DNA of 64,000 nucleotides, taken from assembly GCF_037042905.1 (NCBI RefSeq), contig NC_087252.1, forward strand, positions 14,758,001 through 14,822,000. The letters are read 5' to 3'. Below are positions 23,861 to 38,954 of this stretch, piece by piece. A model generated the notes under the pieces. It made no database searches, was not told the DNA's origin, and saw only the letters and a program-made list of their open reading frames with translations. The DNA is from Lytechinus pictus. Its lineage: Eukaryota. The position numbers and the translations under genes are program-made. Numbering within the stretch: the first letter of the stretch is position 1; each line of letters starts with the position of its first letter.

Positions 23861-25387
23861 ACTAATATTGTTATTATTATTATTATTTTTGTTGTTGTTA
23901 TTACTATTATTGTTATTATTATTATTGTTCTTGTTGTTGTTATTATCAATATCATTATTCTAATTTTTCTTAACAAATGTCATCATTAAAAATCGCAGAT
24001 GATTTTCTTTATATTTCCTTGTTTATTAATCTTTTCTTTCATTGTTTATCTTCATTTATACTCACAATTGAGCAGCATTTATTTTATTACCAATACATTT
24101 GTTAAAAAAATAGTAATACATTAATAACTTTTGCCTGAAAACCACAACATGACAAGATGGACATGAAATCCTCTAGTATAACCATTATGCTTATAGTGAA
24201 ATAACTGAGCACAAATTGTATTGTTTTGACAAAGACCTGTATCTGTATATTAATTTCTAACAGGTGTTTTGTTATTATTTTTAATGTACTATCCATTCTC
24301 ATGATAAGCACATAGATTTAATTGTTTATATCTAGGACTTCTTGTATTATTGTTAGCAAATTGGTATCATATTATTTTCTTTTATCCCCTTCACCAATGA
24401 TGAAAATAAATAAACATCTATTATGCTTGCCCCATCTGAAATATGGAATTATGAAGTAAAACAAACCCCTTATAAAAAACATGATAAATTCTGGTTCCAA
24501 CTGGTCTGAAGGGAATTCCCCGTTAATGATGTTGCAACAATTTTTAAGCTCTTTGATGGGAAGTACAGGATATCACATTTTCAGCCAATCACAGCAATTC
24601 ATACAACTCACTGTACACACCCATGCAGAACTGGAGCGGAGCTGGAGTTGGCTGTGCGAATTGCAGTGCTGCATACATTTTTATCTTTCTAACGTGGGCT
24701 TTCTATCGAGTGAACGTATATATGCACCCAACTGAAGATTCAATGGTTACTTTACTCTATCATCACATTGGTCATGATACAGAAATATCTATGGTTTTCT
24801 TATCGATGGATATCGATGAATTTGATGGAGAGCTTCTAACAATCATCTTCGGAGGACTACTGTTGGAAAAAGCCCATACTCAACGAAATTAAGCGTTTCT
24901 AATTTGTTATGAAACCGAGTTTCGGTTGATTGTAACGCCATCTGCGATTGGATCCAGAAAGGGATTTTCACGAGGAAACTTTAGATTTCAGGTTTTGTAG
25001 CAAATTGCTATGCATTTACGAAGAACAACTAAAGTCCTTGAATTGCAAATTTCAAACTGTGTGTTATTTGATCGAGGATGCTGCTACGTATACATGTCGG
25101 GTATTGGAGTATAAGGACCGATTTAAATACTTAATCTTTGTGACGAACAGATGTGGTGAAATTATTTCTCACTCATATTTGTGATTTACGGATTGGGAAT
25201 TATTTTATTCGATGTCACTTTGAAACATGCGTTTAGTTTGTCTGTTTTTTAATTTAAAAATAGATGTTTATACATTCTTGGTTGTGTTTGATTAATCATG
25301 GACAAAGGTGGATGGAATGTTGGTACATCTGTACATGATGTATTAAAGATCAACTCAGTTTTCAACATGTGAGAAGAAACTGCTTGT

Positions 25388-25796
25388 GGGCGATTCCATA
25401 CGTGTCGTACGGGACATTTTGACAACAATTTCTAGTTTCTTAGCCGAATGCTTGAGCAATAAAATATTCATTTTTGTCAATGATAAAGCTATAGAGGGTA
25501 GTCATGTGAAAAACTAAACCAACACACACAAACAAAAAATGATTATGGGTAAACAATAGGTGAAAATGTTGTGTGTCGTACGGGATGCAGAAATGTCCCG
25601 TACGACACGAAACATTTTCAGCTCTAATTCACCTATGGACAACATAATTATTGTTTTTGTTGGTTGTCAGTTTTTTGCATGTCTACCCAGTAGTACTCTA
25701 ATATTACCACTTAGCAAATTTAAGTTCTTCGTTCGTTTGGACAGCAGGTTGAAGAATGTTGTGATAATGGCTGATTTTTCTAGCATGGAATCGCCC
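25388..25796. mobile_element. MITE with 4-bp TSD (Sola-like)
   Basis: ttgt|gggcgattccat...atggaatcgccc|ttgt; internal hairpin gtgtcgtacggga...tcccgtacgacac. Confidence 0.8.
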
Positions 25797-27396
25797 TTGT
25801 GTATAATTTTTGTTAAAAATTAAAGTATAAAACATAAAATATTGGTAGAATGTCATGTCATGTGTCCTGTTATGTATGCACATAGATCGCGCGTTGTATT
25901 TTGTTTTCTTCTTGTGAACGAACGTGTTTTTTATATCAATAATTTTGATTTCTTTCCTCCCCCGTAGCTATACCTTGTATGTAAATTATGCTTGGTAGAT
26001 ACTTTGATATAACTGTAATGTATATCACGAGTTATTTAATACTTTTTTTAATGTTTGTTATTTAACATTTTAATTATTGCACTTGTTGTAGAAGTATACG
26101 CCTAGCCATTAGCCATAGATCATATATAGATAAATAATATGAAAACTGTAATTATAAAATCATCATGAGAAGGACCTATAATTATAATTATCTCAAAAAG
26201 CTATGCTCTCTTTATGATCATGTTCGTATCCCCTTAAGTTGCTAAAGAAACTCGATACTGTACAAACCTATTTGAAGTTTTAATGTATCATACTTATTAA
26301 TGTATTTTGATTGGTAGAGAATTTAATAAACTGGATAACTTCTTTTTTTTTTGCAAACATTTCTTTACCATCCCCTCGTTCGGTGTTAAACCCAACTTCT
26401 TCCTGATTCATTCCCACCAATACAAGTCAAGACTCTTGGCAATTACCTTTGATAAGAAGGTATTTATTGTAAGATTAAAATTGTAATCTCGGGTTAACCC
26501 CCAAATCACACAATAAAGTTGATGCGGTGGGACAGGTTCGATTCCTGTGAGATTCCGATCATATCAATATTGATCACGAAGAATCTTCATTGGTGTCCAT
26601 TCATCATCATCATTGTGTTGAATATAGTAATTATACAATCATTCTAAATGTCATGGATTATTAAGTGTCCCTATATGGGTGAGGGGATATATAATGTTTA
26701 TCACTGATCTTTTCACAATAATATTTGTGTAATATTTGACCGTAGAAGTATAGGTAACTACAGGGTTTCATTTCTAATTCAGGAACCTAAATAATATTAT
26801 GTAAATGAAATTCCATTTTGGATGCAATAATAGAGGACGGCATGACTTGGTAATAAACACATTATCATTGATGTTTTCAGATTTTTGACTTGGTAAGAAA
26901 TTGAGGAAGATACCTAATTTGCTATTATAATGACGTATGTGTAATTATATTTTTGAAATTATCCTTGGGGAAACTGGGCTCAAACTTTAATTCTAGATCC
27001 AAAACAATCATGATTCCTCATACATTTTAAGAAAATATTTTTAATAAAACTTCCACATTTAAGCGAGTCAGTTATGATTAAGATACTAAGCTTTTCCTAA
27101 TTTTCTTTAAATTATTTTATTTTTATTTTATTTTTCACAAGATATAACCCTCGGATTTCTTACTGTCCTTTCTGTAGCTTTCACATGCCACTCCTGATTC
27201 CGAGTTTCAGATCTTACCCTTTCACTTCCCCCTCCCCCATTCTCACCGTCTCCCCCCCCTCCCCCACCCCTCTCTCTCTTCCCTCCCCCTCTCTCCCTCT
27301 CTCCCTCCCCTCCCTCTCCCCTTCTATTATCCCTCTCCGAGTCTAACAGCTAAACCGATAGTTTCATCTCAATTTTTATATTCTATCTTGTACTAT

Positions 27397-28096
27397 TACA
27401 TTGTCATGATTGTATAAGATTTGTTTGTATTAAAATTCATATTACTTTGATTTTAGTTGTCGCTTAAAGGCATCTAGAAAACTACAACATAATCATCATA
27501 ATCATCACCATCCTCATCACCATCGTCATCACCACCCTCATCATCATCATCTTAACTATCATCATCATCATCATCATCATCTTAGCCATCATTATCATTA
27601 TCACTTTCATCGTCATTTATTGTGGAGTGTTGTGGCCCAGTGGATTAGTCTTCTGACTTTGAAACAAAGGGTCGTGGGTTCGAATCCCGGCCATGGCGTA
27701 ATTTCCTTCAGCAAGAAACTCATCCACATTGTGCTGCACTCAACCCAGGTGAGGTGAATGGGTACCCGGTAGGAAGAAATTCCTTGAATGCTTTAGCGCC
27801 TAGGCAGCTCTGCTAAAGCCGGGGTAATAATGGTTACCCTGGGTAAATATACCTATATTATTATTATCATCATCACCATCATCACCATCATCACCATCAT
27901 CACCATCATCATCACCATCATCATCATCACCACCATCACAACCATCACCATCATCATCATCTTCACCATCATCACGACCATCATCACCATCATCATCATC
28001 ATCACCATCATCACCATCATCATCATCATCACCATCATCACCATCATCATCACCATCATCATCATCACCACCATCACCATCATAATCATCATCACC

Positions 28097-28128
<32 letters not shown>

Positions 28129-28859
28129 CACCATCATCATCACCATCATCATCATCACCACCATCACCATCATAATCATCATCACCATCATCATCACCAT
28201 CATCACGTACCATCATCACCATCATCATCACCATCATCACCATCATCATCATCACCATCATCACCACCACCATCATCGTCATCACTTTCATCATTGTCAT
28301 CATTATCTTCTTTCTGGTTGCCAACCACGGCTAAGCTCGACTACCAATTAATATCCAAACATAACCCAATACAAACGACAGCTGTCAGAGCATTTAGCAT
28401 AATAATTTAGCAAAGCATTGCTTTATAATTTCTCATGCAATACACAAGAGGAGTGAGTGCAATTACTTTGTATTTATTGATCACTAGATGGAAATATCAT
28501 TTGATTGTTTTAATTATGTCAGTCATTGTTATACAGTTATCAGTCGCGGCAACAAATCATGACAATGAAAATCAGTATTGGGATAATTACATGTACCATG
28601 CTACCACCAGATTAAACCTTAAACAATTTTATTTCATTTCATATCGATTCCATTTCATTTATTTCAGCAAAATTAATTTCGCACCTTATTCGCAACTTAT
28701 TATTAAAAATACACTTTAAATTGCTTATGAAATACAATTCAATACACATATCAAAGTATCTGAATAATTATGAACAAGCTAATTTGAGTATTTGACAACT
28801 GTATTGGGGAGGAAAAAAACTGACCCCCCCCCCTGCACATAATTATCATGTGAATCAGA
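27397..28859 (+). repeat. Segmental duplication, copy B (includes SINE 27620-27860 and (ATC)n)
   Basis: Colinear with 38-2211 apart from deletions and microsatellite length differences. Confidence 0.9.
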
Positions 28860-29327
28860 TCCCCTTATTGGCGGAAGCTGGATCCGCCCCTGTATATATA
28901 TATATATAGTTGAGCCAGAAGTTTTCATAGACCCAGGAAATTCAAAGAAAATTCAAAGAAAATTTGACACTTGCCAAACATCTTAAAATACATAGCTCAT
29001 AAGATATTTGTGATATCAAACAAATGAGTAAATCATGCCCTTTCATCACATTGCACGTAAAATTTTCCCTAATCCCAACAGCATGTAAAAGAGCTCAATA
29101 TTTTTTATACGCTCTCTCATTTGATGCCAAATTCGTCATGGTAGTATTTATATTTTTGAAGATGTAGTAAATTTATATTTGGCAAGCGAAAAAATTTCAC
29201 TGAATTTTATACATATAAATATATATTGTACGTTTTGTACCTGAAGAGTGGGAGCAGCGTTCTTGCTGTTCCTACGAAACAGATCTGTAGTACATGAAGA
29301 TACACTAATTTGTTTATTGCTCCTATA

Positions 29328-30146
29328 CAGTGCGTCCCACAAACAACGAAACCGAGATTTATCGATGATTTATCATAACTTAATCACAAACAAAATAGAC
29401 AAATGACCTACCATTGTAAAGCTTAGAGTCTCCTTTTTCATCTGATATTATTTAGATTATTTCTAATTCACGCATGAGTGAGCAAAAACAATTTGAAGAG
29501 GGGATACCAAAAAGTCATTTGGCGGGCTGTATTCGGGTTTCAAAAAGAAAACCACATTTTTATAAAGTTCAATATCTGCTCTTTGATTTGATACCTCAAT
29601 TACAGAAAATGGTCAAGAAATAAAAACGTTCTGGTTATTTGAAATAGGGCTTGAATTTCAATAATTTCATTAAATTAAGAGGTTTTACAGGCTAGCGTTC
29701 AAACTCACTGGGCTCCGTTTTGTAAACGATCAGCCATACATGAAGTCTTTTGTTAGCCATGTGATAGCTTCTGTGGGAAACCGGTGAAAACACGTTTGAT
29801 TTAATGAAATTATGGAAATACAAGCATTGTTTCGAGCGATCATAACTTTTTACTTCTTGACCATTTTTTGTGATTAAGGTATCAAATAAAAGAGCAGATA
29901 TTGAACTTTTTAGGCATGTGATTTTCTTTTTGAAATTCAGATACCCCCCGCCAAATGAGTTTTTGGTATCCTTTCTTCAAATTGTTTTTGCTCACTCATG
30001 CGTAAATGAGGAATAATCTATGTTATATCAGATGAAAGAAGACATTCTAAGCTTTAGAATGGTAGGTCATTTGTCTATTGTATTTGTGATTAAGTTATGA
30101 TAAATCATCGCTTAATCTCGGTTTCGTTTTTTTCTGGGACGCACTG
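29328..30146. mobile_element. Tc1/mariner-like foldback MITE
   Basis: ta|cagtgcgtccca...tgggacgcactg|ta with long inverted arms. Confidence 0.9.
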
Positions 30147-30375
30147 TATAGTCGGGCACTCTTAACATGGTGTTTCACACTATTCATATGTGGATTAAAG
30201 TGGGGGTGAGCTAAGCCGGAAATGTGTGTGTGTGTGTGTGGGGGGGGGGGGTAAACATCGTACTGGTTTATTGAAAAGGACGGCAAGGGGGGGGGGAATG
30301 GAACCCCTCATGATCCCGGTTTCCTGGCCCAGTCAGAATATCACTGAAAAGCAATATCACATTTCAAAATATCAA

Positions 30376-30955
30376 AGGTCAAGTCCACCCCAGAAAAATG
30401 TTGATTTGAATGAAAATAGACAAATCCAACAAACTTAACATGTAAAATAAAGAAAAGGTATGAAATTTTGAAGTTTCGCTTATTTTCACAAAATAGTTTC
30501 AAGCACACTCAGTGGCATGCAAATGAGATTGTTGATGAATTCCCTCAATCACTATTTTTTATTGTTTGAATTATATAATATATCCTTTCTTTTTTTTAAT
30601 TACAAATTTGACAATAAAGACCAACTTGACTGAACCACCAACGGTTATAACAATGGTTTTCCACATATTCAGGGAGGAATAAAACCCCGTTTTCTTGACA
30701 GCGAGGAGAAAATAAGAAGATCTTTTTTATATATTCGTTCAATACAATACAAAAGAAGTAGTGAGTGGATGATGTCATGAGTTGCCTCATTTGCATACCG
30801 ACCAGGATGTGCACTGTTTTGTGAAATTAGGCGAAATTAGAAAATGCCATAACTTTCTTATTTTACACCCTATTTTGATAAAATCTTCACTGTTATTCTT
30901 GTGGGATTTTTCTCTTTTTATTATAAACAACTTTTCGTTGATGTGGACTTGTCCT
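30376..30955. mobile_element. Kolobok-like MITE
   Basis: aggtcaagtccac...gtggacttgtcct|ttaa. Confidence 0.75.
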
Positions 30956-31647
30956 TTAATGTGAAATACCAAAAACATAACAAACATTGAATCACAGTTT
31001 CACATCATTATAGGCCCATGAACGGCAAAACGTTTTTTTGTTTTTTTTTCGGTGGCAAAGCCAAATAGGGCATTGATAAAGTTGCGCGCAAAATGTATTT
31101 TTTTTTTCATTTCTGCTGTATGTGAAAGGGATTCTAGGGATTTTAGAGGTCTTCGTTTTACAAAGTATTATCTTTATTCTACGACGTGCCCCGGAAATTC
31201 TCTGGCCATTAGAAGAAAAAGAGTACTACATTTTACTAAAACAGAACATTTGAAAAAAAAAAAAAATCACCATCACTGGAGTGAATGGGCATATTTCAAA
31301 ACAGTTTTCAATCCATCTGTTTGAGTACGAATCAACGAACAGCAATTGATTTTTTTTAAAGGCCATTAGTGAAAGGGGATGGGGGTCCACTTGGGCAAAC
31401 AGTTGGATGGGTCTAAATTTTGCTACCCCGCGCCGTGATCGGGCATGGCTGTAGGCCTATGCAATGGGAAGGGAGGAGGGGCAGTTACCACACCAGACAT
31501 TTTGGAAACTTAAATTTTTTTATTGACCATTTCACAAAATGCACCAAATGTGTGGATGAAATCTTTCTATTTTACTTTGGAAACTGAAAAAAATGGTGTC
31601 TTGCCCATCCCACCAACCAACCGGATCAAATATTGCCTAGGGGCCAA

Positions 31648-32042
31648 TGAGACTGGCGAACCCCTTCTATTATTATGACTAGCGACCCTCATCTACCATT
31701 ATGACTGGCGAACCCCATCTGTTATTATGACTGGCGACCCTCATCCATTATTATGACTGGCGAACCATTTCTACTATTATGACTTGGAACCCTCATCTAC
31801 CATTATGACTGGCGACTCTTATGATCAACGAACCCTTTTCCTCCTTATGACTGGCGACCCTCTTCCTTGATAATGACTAGCGACCCACTTGTTTGATTAT
31901 GAATGGCGACCCCCATCGTTGATTATGACTAGCGACCTCTATGGAAAAAAAGCCCCTTATAAATAGCGACCCGTATGACTATTATGACTAGCGGTCCTTA
32001 TGACTAGCTGGTATTATGAACAGTGGTCCTTATGACTGGCGG
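31648..32042 (+). repeat. Minisatellite, about 26-bp unit
   Basis: (attatgactggcgaccctcatctacc)-like units. Confidence 0.9.
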
Positions 32043-32379
32043 GTGGACCCCGTTCATACAAGCTAAATTATTCCATGGGTTTTATTCACCTTTAAATAGT
32101 CAGAATAAAACACGAAGGACATAATAAATCATGACATGAATGATGCGATTTTATTGATCACTTACACAGCAAAGTTACAAAATTCATGTTTGTTTACACA
32201 TAATCGTACATGAACATTACAAAGAAAGATAAAAGTCGTGTGATAGTTCACACTGACACCCATCAGTTGGTTTAAATGTTTAGAATATAAATCATTACCT
32301 GTCAAAAAAGTACACCACACGCATGTTACAATATACATTCAAATTAAAAAAATTAATGAGGCATGATAAACCAAGTAAA

Positions 32380-32730
32380 GGTGTATTGTGGCTTAGTGGA
32401 TAAATCTCCAGACTTTGAACCAATAGTTTCGGCTTCCCACCGCAGCACTCGGGTCCGTCGGGAAGGAATTTATCTACATTTGCCACTCTGCACCCAAGTA
32501 AGGTAAATGTGTACCTAGTAGGAATAAATTCCTTGAATGCTAGAGCGCCCGATAAGATACCGTGTCAAAGCCTGGGCCATATAAATGCAGCGCCTAGAAA
32601 CATTGTATTACGCGCTTTATGAATGCTGCATATTTTATTATTATTATTATCATTATTATTATTATTATTGTTATCCTTATTATAATTATTATTGTTTTTA
32701 TTATTATCGTAATTATTATTACTATTATTA
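32380..32730 (+). mobile_element. Degenerate SINE with (ATT)n tail
   Basis: tgtggcttagtggataa...ttccttgaatgc...gcgcctagaaacatt. Confidence 0.7.
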
Positions 32731-33307
32731 AAAAATCACAATTAATGAAAGTAAATGATGGAGATTGGTATGCAGTGCGTCTCAGAAAAAAGGAAAATCG
32801 GGATTCCCATATCCTTTTTCTTCAAAGGCAAACGAATTATAATATTTCATTTACATAATCATACAAATCAATTTTTCCACTTTAATTTGAAACCTAATAT
32901 AAGACGAACACTTCACGCATTAATGCGTAAGAACGGCTTCATCGGCTATGATATAAAAGGGATAGATTTATTACTGTCTAAGTATCTCACAGTAATAAAA
33001 AAAATCTTCAAAAAGAGAAAGAAAGGAAAACGATCATCGAAGAGGAAACAGGTCTGATACTGCAGACTATAGCTATACATGTATATGCAATATGGTATGC
33101 AAATATAAAAAAACAACTACGTTTATGTCATGTTCTTTCCGTCGCTTGGTAAGTACGGCATATCACTCAATAAATGCAAAGTGATTAAATACAATCATGA
33201 ATAATCATATGAGCTGCATGAAATATTAAGCGGTTTATTTTGTAAAACATCCCGAGATTTCCGAGATTTCAAAGTTATAATTGGATGCAATCAGGAACAC
33301 GCCTCAA

Positions 33308-34487
33308 ATAATAATAATAATAATAATAAAACATTGCTTATATAGCGCATATAACGACGATAAAATCATGTCTCTATGCGCTTTAGAAAGAAGAATAGAA
33401 AGAATGGAGAAGAAAGAAAAGCCTGTTCACAGAGGAGCAAATATATGATATCAATTAATAGGTACATGTATATCTTATTTTACAAAAAGGAATGTCTTCA
33501 AAAGGGACTTAAAGGATTCTACAGACTACAGTATTAGCTTGTTTAACAATATCAGGTAATTTATTCCAAAGTTCAGCAGAGGACATTTTGAATGAACGAG
33601 CGCCGTAGAATTGAGTGTTAATTTTGGGAACTACAAGGAGAGATTTGTTGTTTGACCTTAATTTTCTTTGGGGTACATACAGTTCAATGAGTTCTTTGAG
33701 ATAGAATGACGATTGACCTTGTAAGCATTGGTATGTTAGGAGTAATATCTTGTATTCAATACGGGATTTTACAGGAAGCCAGTGTAATTCTTGTAGTATG
33801 GGTGTTATGTGTTCGCTGCGCCTCGTTCTTGTTATGAGTCTCGCTGCCGAGTTTTGGATCCTTTGAAGTTTATGAATTTGATTATCAGGGAGGCGATACA
33901 AAATGCTATTACAAAAATCAATGCGTGATATTACAAGAGCATGAACCAATTTCTTTGTGGCTTCTGTTGTTAGAAACTTGCGAATTTTCCCAATGTTATA
34001 CAAGGCAAATGAACTAGTTTTACATACATTGTTTATTTGAGCTTTCATACTAAGTTTTCTATCCAGTTGTACACCAAGATTTCTTACAGTTTCTACACAT
34101 TTAACATAGGTATTATCAAGTTCTGTTCCTTCTATCTGTCTACTATTTCTAAATTTACTAGTGAGATGAAGCACTGCAGTTTTATTACAATTAAGTTTCA
34201 GTCCATTATCAGTTGACCAATTAATTACATCTCGGACACACCTCTCAAGTCTGGCAGTGGCATCTTGCTGCTCACTGTTTTTTAGGACTATGTACATTTG
34301 CATATCATCAGCATACATCATGCAGCTTATCTTATGGTGGGTGATGACATCCTGAAGAGGAGCAACATATAAATTAAAGGCCAAAGGTCCGACAACTGAA
34401 CCTTGAGGTACTCCATGACTGGTATAGCAGGTACGTGAAATTGATTATCCAATCAAAACAGAATGTCTCCTATTTTGGAGACAGGTA
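33308..34487 (-). mobile_element. 5'-truncated L2-group LINE (RT C-terminal half)
   Basis: GVPQGSVVGP upstream of ORF 33509-34384, which contains YADD, RNLGV, LVISRIDFCNS, LQRIQNSAARL, HITPILQELHWLPV; (TTA)n tail. Confidence 0.92.
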
Positions 34488-34917
34488 CAGTAGTCTATTT
34501 TCAAACAATGATGTAATCAACTACAAAACATTTCAAAAGAGACAATTGGGACCTTTCACAATCCTCACGGACGCTAATATTAGGGTCCCCTAAAACAAAA
34601 GATAACGCATAATCATACACTTGATTTTTAAGATTAATTGTGCATTATAGTCAATAGAATCAAACGTAGAAAACTGCTCTACAATCAATGCCAAGCTTTG
34701 TGTTACAGGGGGGTTACAGGCCCTACAGATCTGCTTTTCGTGTGCAAAATCCTTTTCCGCGACACCCGCACCATACGTGCATGTATATTACGACTGATGG
34801 CTGGAGATATTCGAAATGGAGGACCTAAAATAGATTATGACATGGATAAGAAAGTGGTTTTTCAAAAAAATCGAGTACATATTGAGGAAAAACTTACTGA
34901 ATGAAGGCTAAGATATA

Positions 34918-36698
34918 CAGTACGTCCCAAAAAAAACTATACACTTTTGAAATGGCTGCCAAATAAAAAATGTAGCACTTGGGGGGAAAAGACTTATAGA
35001 TATGGAAAGCCATAAAGTCAACTTCCAAATGACACCAAAAAGCTGGAAAACTATTCATGCTTGAGCGAGCACTGCCCACTGAAACAGGGTATGAAAATTA
35101 GGGTGGGCCGGAATTAGCCTTCCAATTTCTTTCAGGTTTGTTTGTTTGGTACTTGCAAAGTTGAGAGTTATTTGGTGAATTAAAGATCAGTTGTGATCAG
35201 TTTGTTGTTTGTAAAAATTTAATGCGTTATTAAATTGAAATTTAATGCATGAGTGATCATGAATTGCAATTTTTAGTGCAGCATTTTTTCTTTATCATGT
35301 GGATCTCAACAATGTGTTCATGACAGTCAGAAGAAGAGGGGGTAGTATGACTTAGGTAGCTGAAGTACGTTGATGGGATAAAGGTCAACAGAACATTTAG
35401 CAACCTAGCAACCCCTCTCTCTATCTCAACCCCCCCCCCCCGCTTCTCTTCTCCTGAGAGACTAAGCTCGGCTAGGCTGGGCAGGAATTAGCCTTACAGG
35501 TTTTTTTTAGTGGTTAGTCCTTTGGAACTTGCTAAGCTAAATTAATGAGTGAGATAAGTTTTGTTTCCTAGGCAAATTTCATGAGTTACTAAATTGAAAT
35601 TTAATGCATGAGTGAACAGGACTTGTAATTTTAGTGTAGCATATTCATCTTGTGGACCTCAGAAGTGTGTTCGTGAGAGTCAGAGTAATGTGATGGTACC
35701 TGTTACAAGCAAGAGGGCGAGATATGCTAAGACTTGGTTAAAGGGGCTTTCCTTTTCTTTTTGTCCTTTTACAAATTAAAAGTCATATGTACACTCCCCT
35801 CTCCACCTCCATTTCCCAGCCTCTCTCTGTCTCACTTCCTGGATTGTAGCCTATTCAACACTTAACTGCCAAGTGACCGGTGGCTGATGGTCAGCTTTTT
35901 TATTGAATAATTACCAAGAAATTTAATGATTATGATGATTAATGAAATAATTTATTGAAAAAAACTGAATGTTTCATTGATCACATTGCACATTGAATGA
36001 GTTGATTTACTGATAAATTGTTGATTAAATGATAGGAAAAAGTTGATGCCCCAATTCAGAATTAATCATTAAAACAACATTCTGCTCTGGACTTTGCGTA
36101 CGTGACAATAGCCATCAGTCTCTCAACAGGAGGGGAGGGCGGGAAAGAGGGAGGGGCGGGGGCTGAATGTTCTGTTGACTCTTATTCCATCAACCTATTT
36201 CTCCCTCTTAAGTCCTATCTCACCCCCTATTCTCCCGACTCCCATGAACACATTGCTGAGATCCACATGATAAAGTTGAAATGCTGCCCCAAAAGAGATC
36301 CAAATGATAAAGTTGAAATGCTGCCAAAAAAGTGTAATTTGTGTTCACTCATGCATTAAAGTTCAATTTAATCATTCTTAAAATTTGCTAAGCAACCAAA
36401 ACTGATCACGGTTGATCATTAATTCATCACAACGCCCGCAACTTTGCAAGTTCGAAAGGATTCGCCTCTCAAAAACTGACATAAATTGGATGGCTAATTC
36501 CAGCCCACCCTAATTTTCATACCCTTTGTTTCAGTGGGCAGTGCTCGCTCAAGCATGAATAATCTTCCAACTTTTTGGTGTCATTTGAAAGTTGACTTTA
36601 TTGGCTTTCCATATCTATAAGTCTTTTCCCCCCAAGTGCTATATTTTTTTATTTGGCAGCCATTTCAAAAGTGTGTAGTTTTTTTTTGGGACGCACTG
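34918..36698. mobile_element. Tc1/mariner-like non-autonomous element with long TIRs
   Basis: ta|cagtacgtcccaaaa...ttttgggacgcactg|ta, more than 200 bp of inverted arms, no transposase seen. Confidence 0.88.
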
Positions 36699-38954
36699 TA
36701 GATCATTACAGTCCATCGAATCGATATTACATGTACATTTAATGTGGATTATTGGTGGATCACTGGCAATTGATTTCATGGGTCAGATCAACCTCTCCAG
36801 CCGAACATTTCGCTTGTGTTGATATGTGCACAGCATATGCAATACGTTTGAACTCGTTTCTTTTTGTTTCTTTTGTTTACTCCTACACAAACGATATGCC
36901 TCTCGCACACGATGTAATGGGCATTATGTTTTACTTTCCCCAGAAATGGGGGATTAGATTCAAATTCCGGGGGGACCACTTCCATTGATGAGTGGATACC
37001 AGGCACGACCATGGGGTTTCGAAAAGTACCCTAAACAAGGGAAGCAATTCTTTTCCAGATTATGAAAATGCATCTCTTAACAAGTATTTGGCTTTTTTAA
37101 CCCTACAAGTATTGGATATACATCCCTTTTTCAGCATTTTAAACATCATTTTGACACCCTTATAACGTTACATAGGCCTATACGTAACGTACCTGCCCAC
37201 TCTGTCCCCTTTTACGCGTGGTCGCTCCTGGATCCACTAATCAATGGAAGTGGGCCCCCCGGGCGGCCTCTCGAGCTCTAGGAGGAGTCAAATGTGGCTT
37301 TGGAAAGTCGTCCTCAATCGAATATATCGCTGTTACCATAGTAGCAACCAGAATTTTTCTCACGAAACGCATATTGAATGCGAAACGAAAAAAAAAAATC
37401 ATGTCACACAATTTGCATTGCAGGACAGAGTTTTACGACCATGATGACGGACCCAAAAAGTATCTTTCAAAATCAACTACCGTCGTAAATAAGCGTGCGC
37501 GTCCTCAAACGAATCTTTCAAATAATTGTAAGCAAATTCAACTATCCGACCGATTTAATTAACATAATGATGAATAATTAACTATAATCACACATCCGAA
37601 TATGAAACAGTGTAGCTTTCCAGCTTTCAAAAACTACGACGAGTCTTGACGACTTCAACGTTTAATGTTATGCGCAGGATAAGGTTGCTACCCAGCTACA
37701 AAGACTTGCCTGATATAGCTCTGCATTAAAATTCATGACGTCATATGGTGCTACATTGAAAATATATTATACCTGCGAATGTAAACTTAAATTGACATAA
37801 TATAAGCATTATTTCTACTGAGTAATGAATTCTACTTTTTAAAATTACAAACTGATACTTCGGAGAGGACCGCAATAATTCGGCCCTCTTGAAACTTTTT
37901 TATAAACTTTCTACTAATTAATTATTCGAACTAGAGTATTAAATACAATAATCAACCTTTTCATCATGAAAATTACTGAGTATACACCTCAAAGAAGTTT
38001 AACTATTCAAAATATCCAAAGTGGGGGGCTGAGCCAAAAGTGGAGGGGGGGGCTGACCATGCAAAAAATCACAATCATATGGTCATTTTTCCTTTTTTGT
38101 ACACGGTTTTATTTACGCGTGAATTCACATACTTGTTAATAGTGACAGGGAATGCTCCACATCCCTAAAATTCTACTGTTGTTTGTTTCTAATGGGGGTT
38201 AGACCCACAAAGGCACACTCTTGGGAAAACTACTTTAGAAATATGAATACCGGCAGAGGTTTTTTTTAAGGAATGCATAGCATATAAGTGGGGGCACTTT
38301 ATTTTTTTCGAATACGGTTTAAAATTGACGTATCCTTTTGCAAATAAGCTTTTAATTCAATGTAGAGATCAAAGCATGCTACTGTACAGGGGCCGCATAG
38401 TGCTTAGATCCCGGTTCAAAATTAGCCGCAAGGATTGACGGCTTGTAAAATGTATTCAAGGGTTGGATTGTGTCGCGTTGACCATCGGTCTAATACTAAA
38501 TGAAATTGGACCAAGATGTTATTAGACCAAAGGAGTTGGTAATAAATGATACAACTCTGGTTAAACTGAGCAGAGGACCAGAATTAATTATAAGTGCACC
38601 ACTTTGCATGGTATACGACAATTTTCAATATTAGACCAATTGATAATGGAGTAAATGAATATTTGATTGTAAGACAAAAGTGCGATAATTTAGACCAACT
38701 AATGAGCGAATAACATTGTCTATAAGACCATATGGCTTCAGACAAAGTGGTAATAAACCGATCCGGGCGTTAGCCTTTTTGAATTGGCCGTTTGAAGGAT
38801 AATATAGGCCTAAATTCAAAACTCGGTGAAAATTATCAAAAAAGTATTTTAGAATAGTAATCAAAATAGCGCCCCTCCCCCTGCATTGGACAAAGAGTTG
38901 GCTTCCAGTAAGCAAAAAAAAAACCAAACAAACAAACAAGAAGAAATCCAGGAA

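Noticed and set aside
26532..26549. Isolated T-arm/B-box acaggttcgattcctgt
   Set aside because: No A box, cloverleaf or terminator around it
29244..29287. 44-nt minus-strand exon-like segment (cag...cag|gtac)
   Set aside because: Isolated, with a weak donor and no partner exons identified
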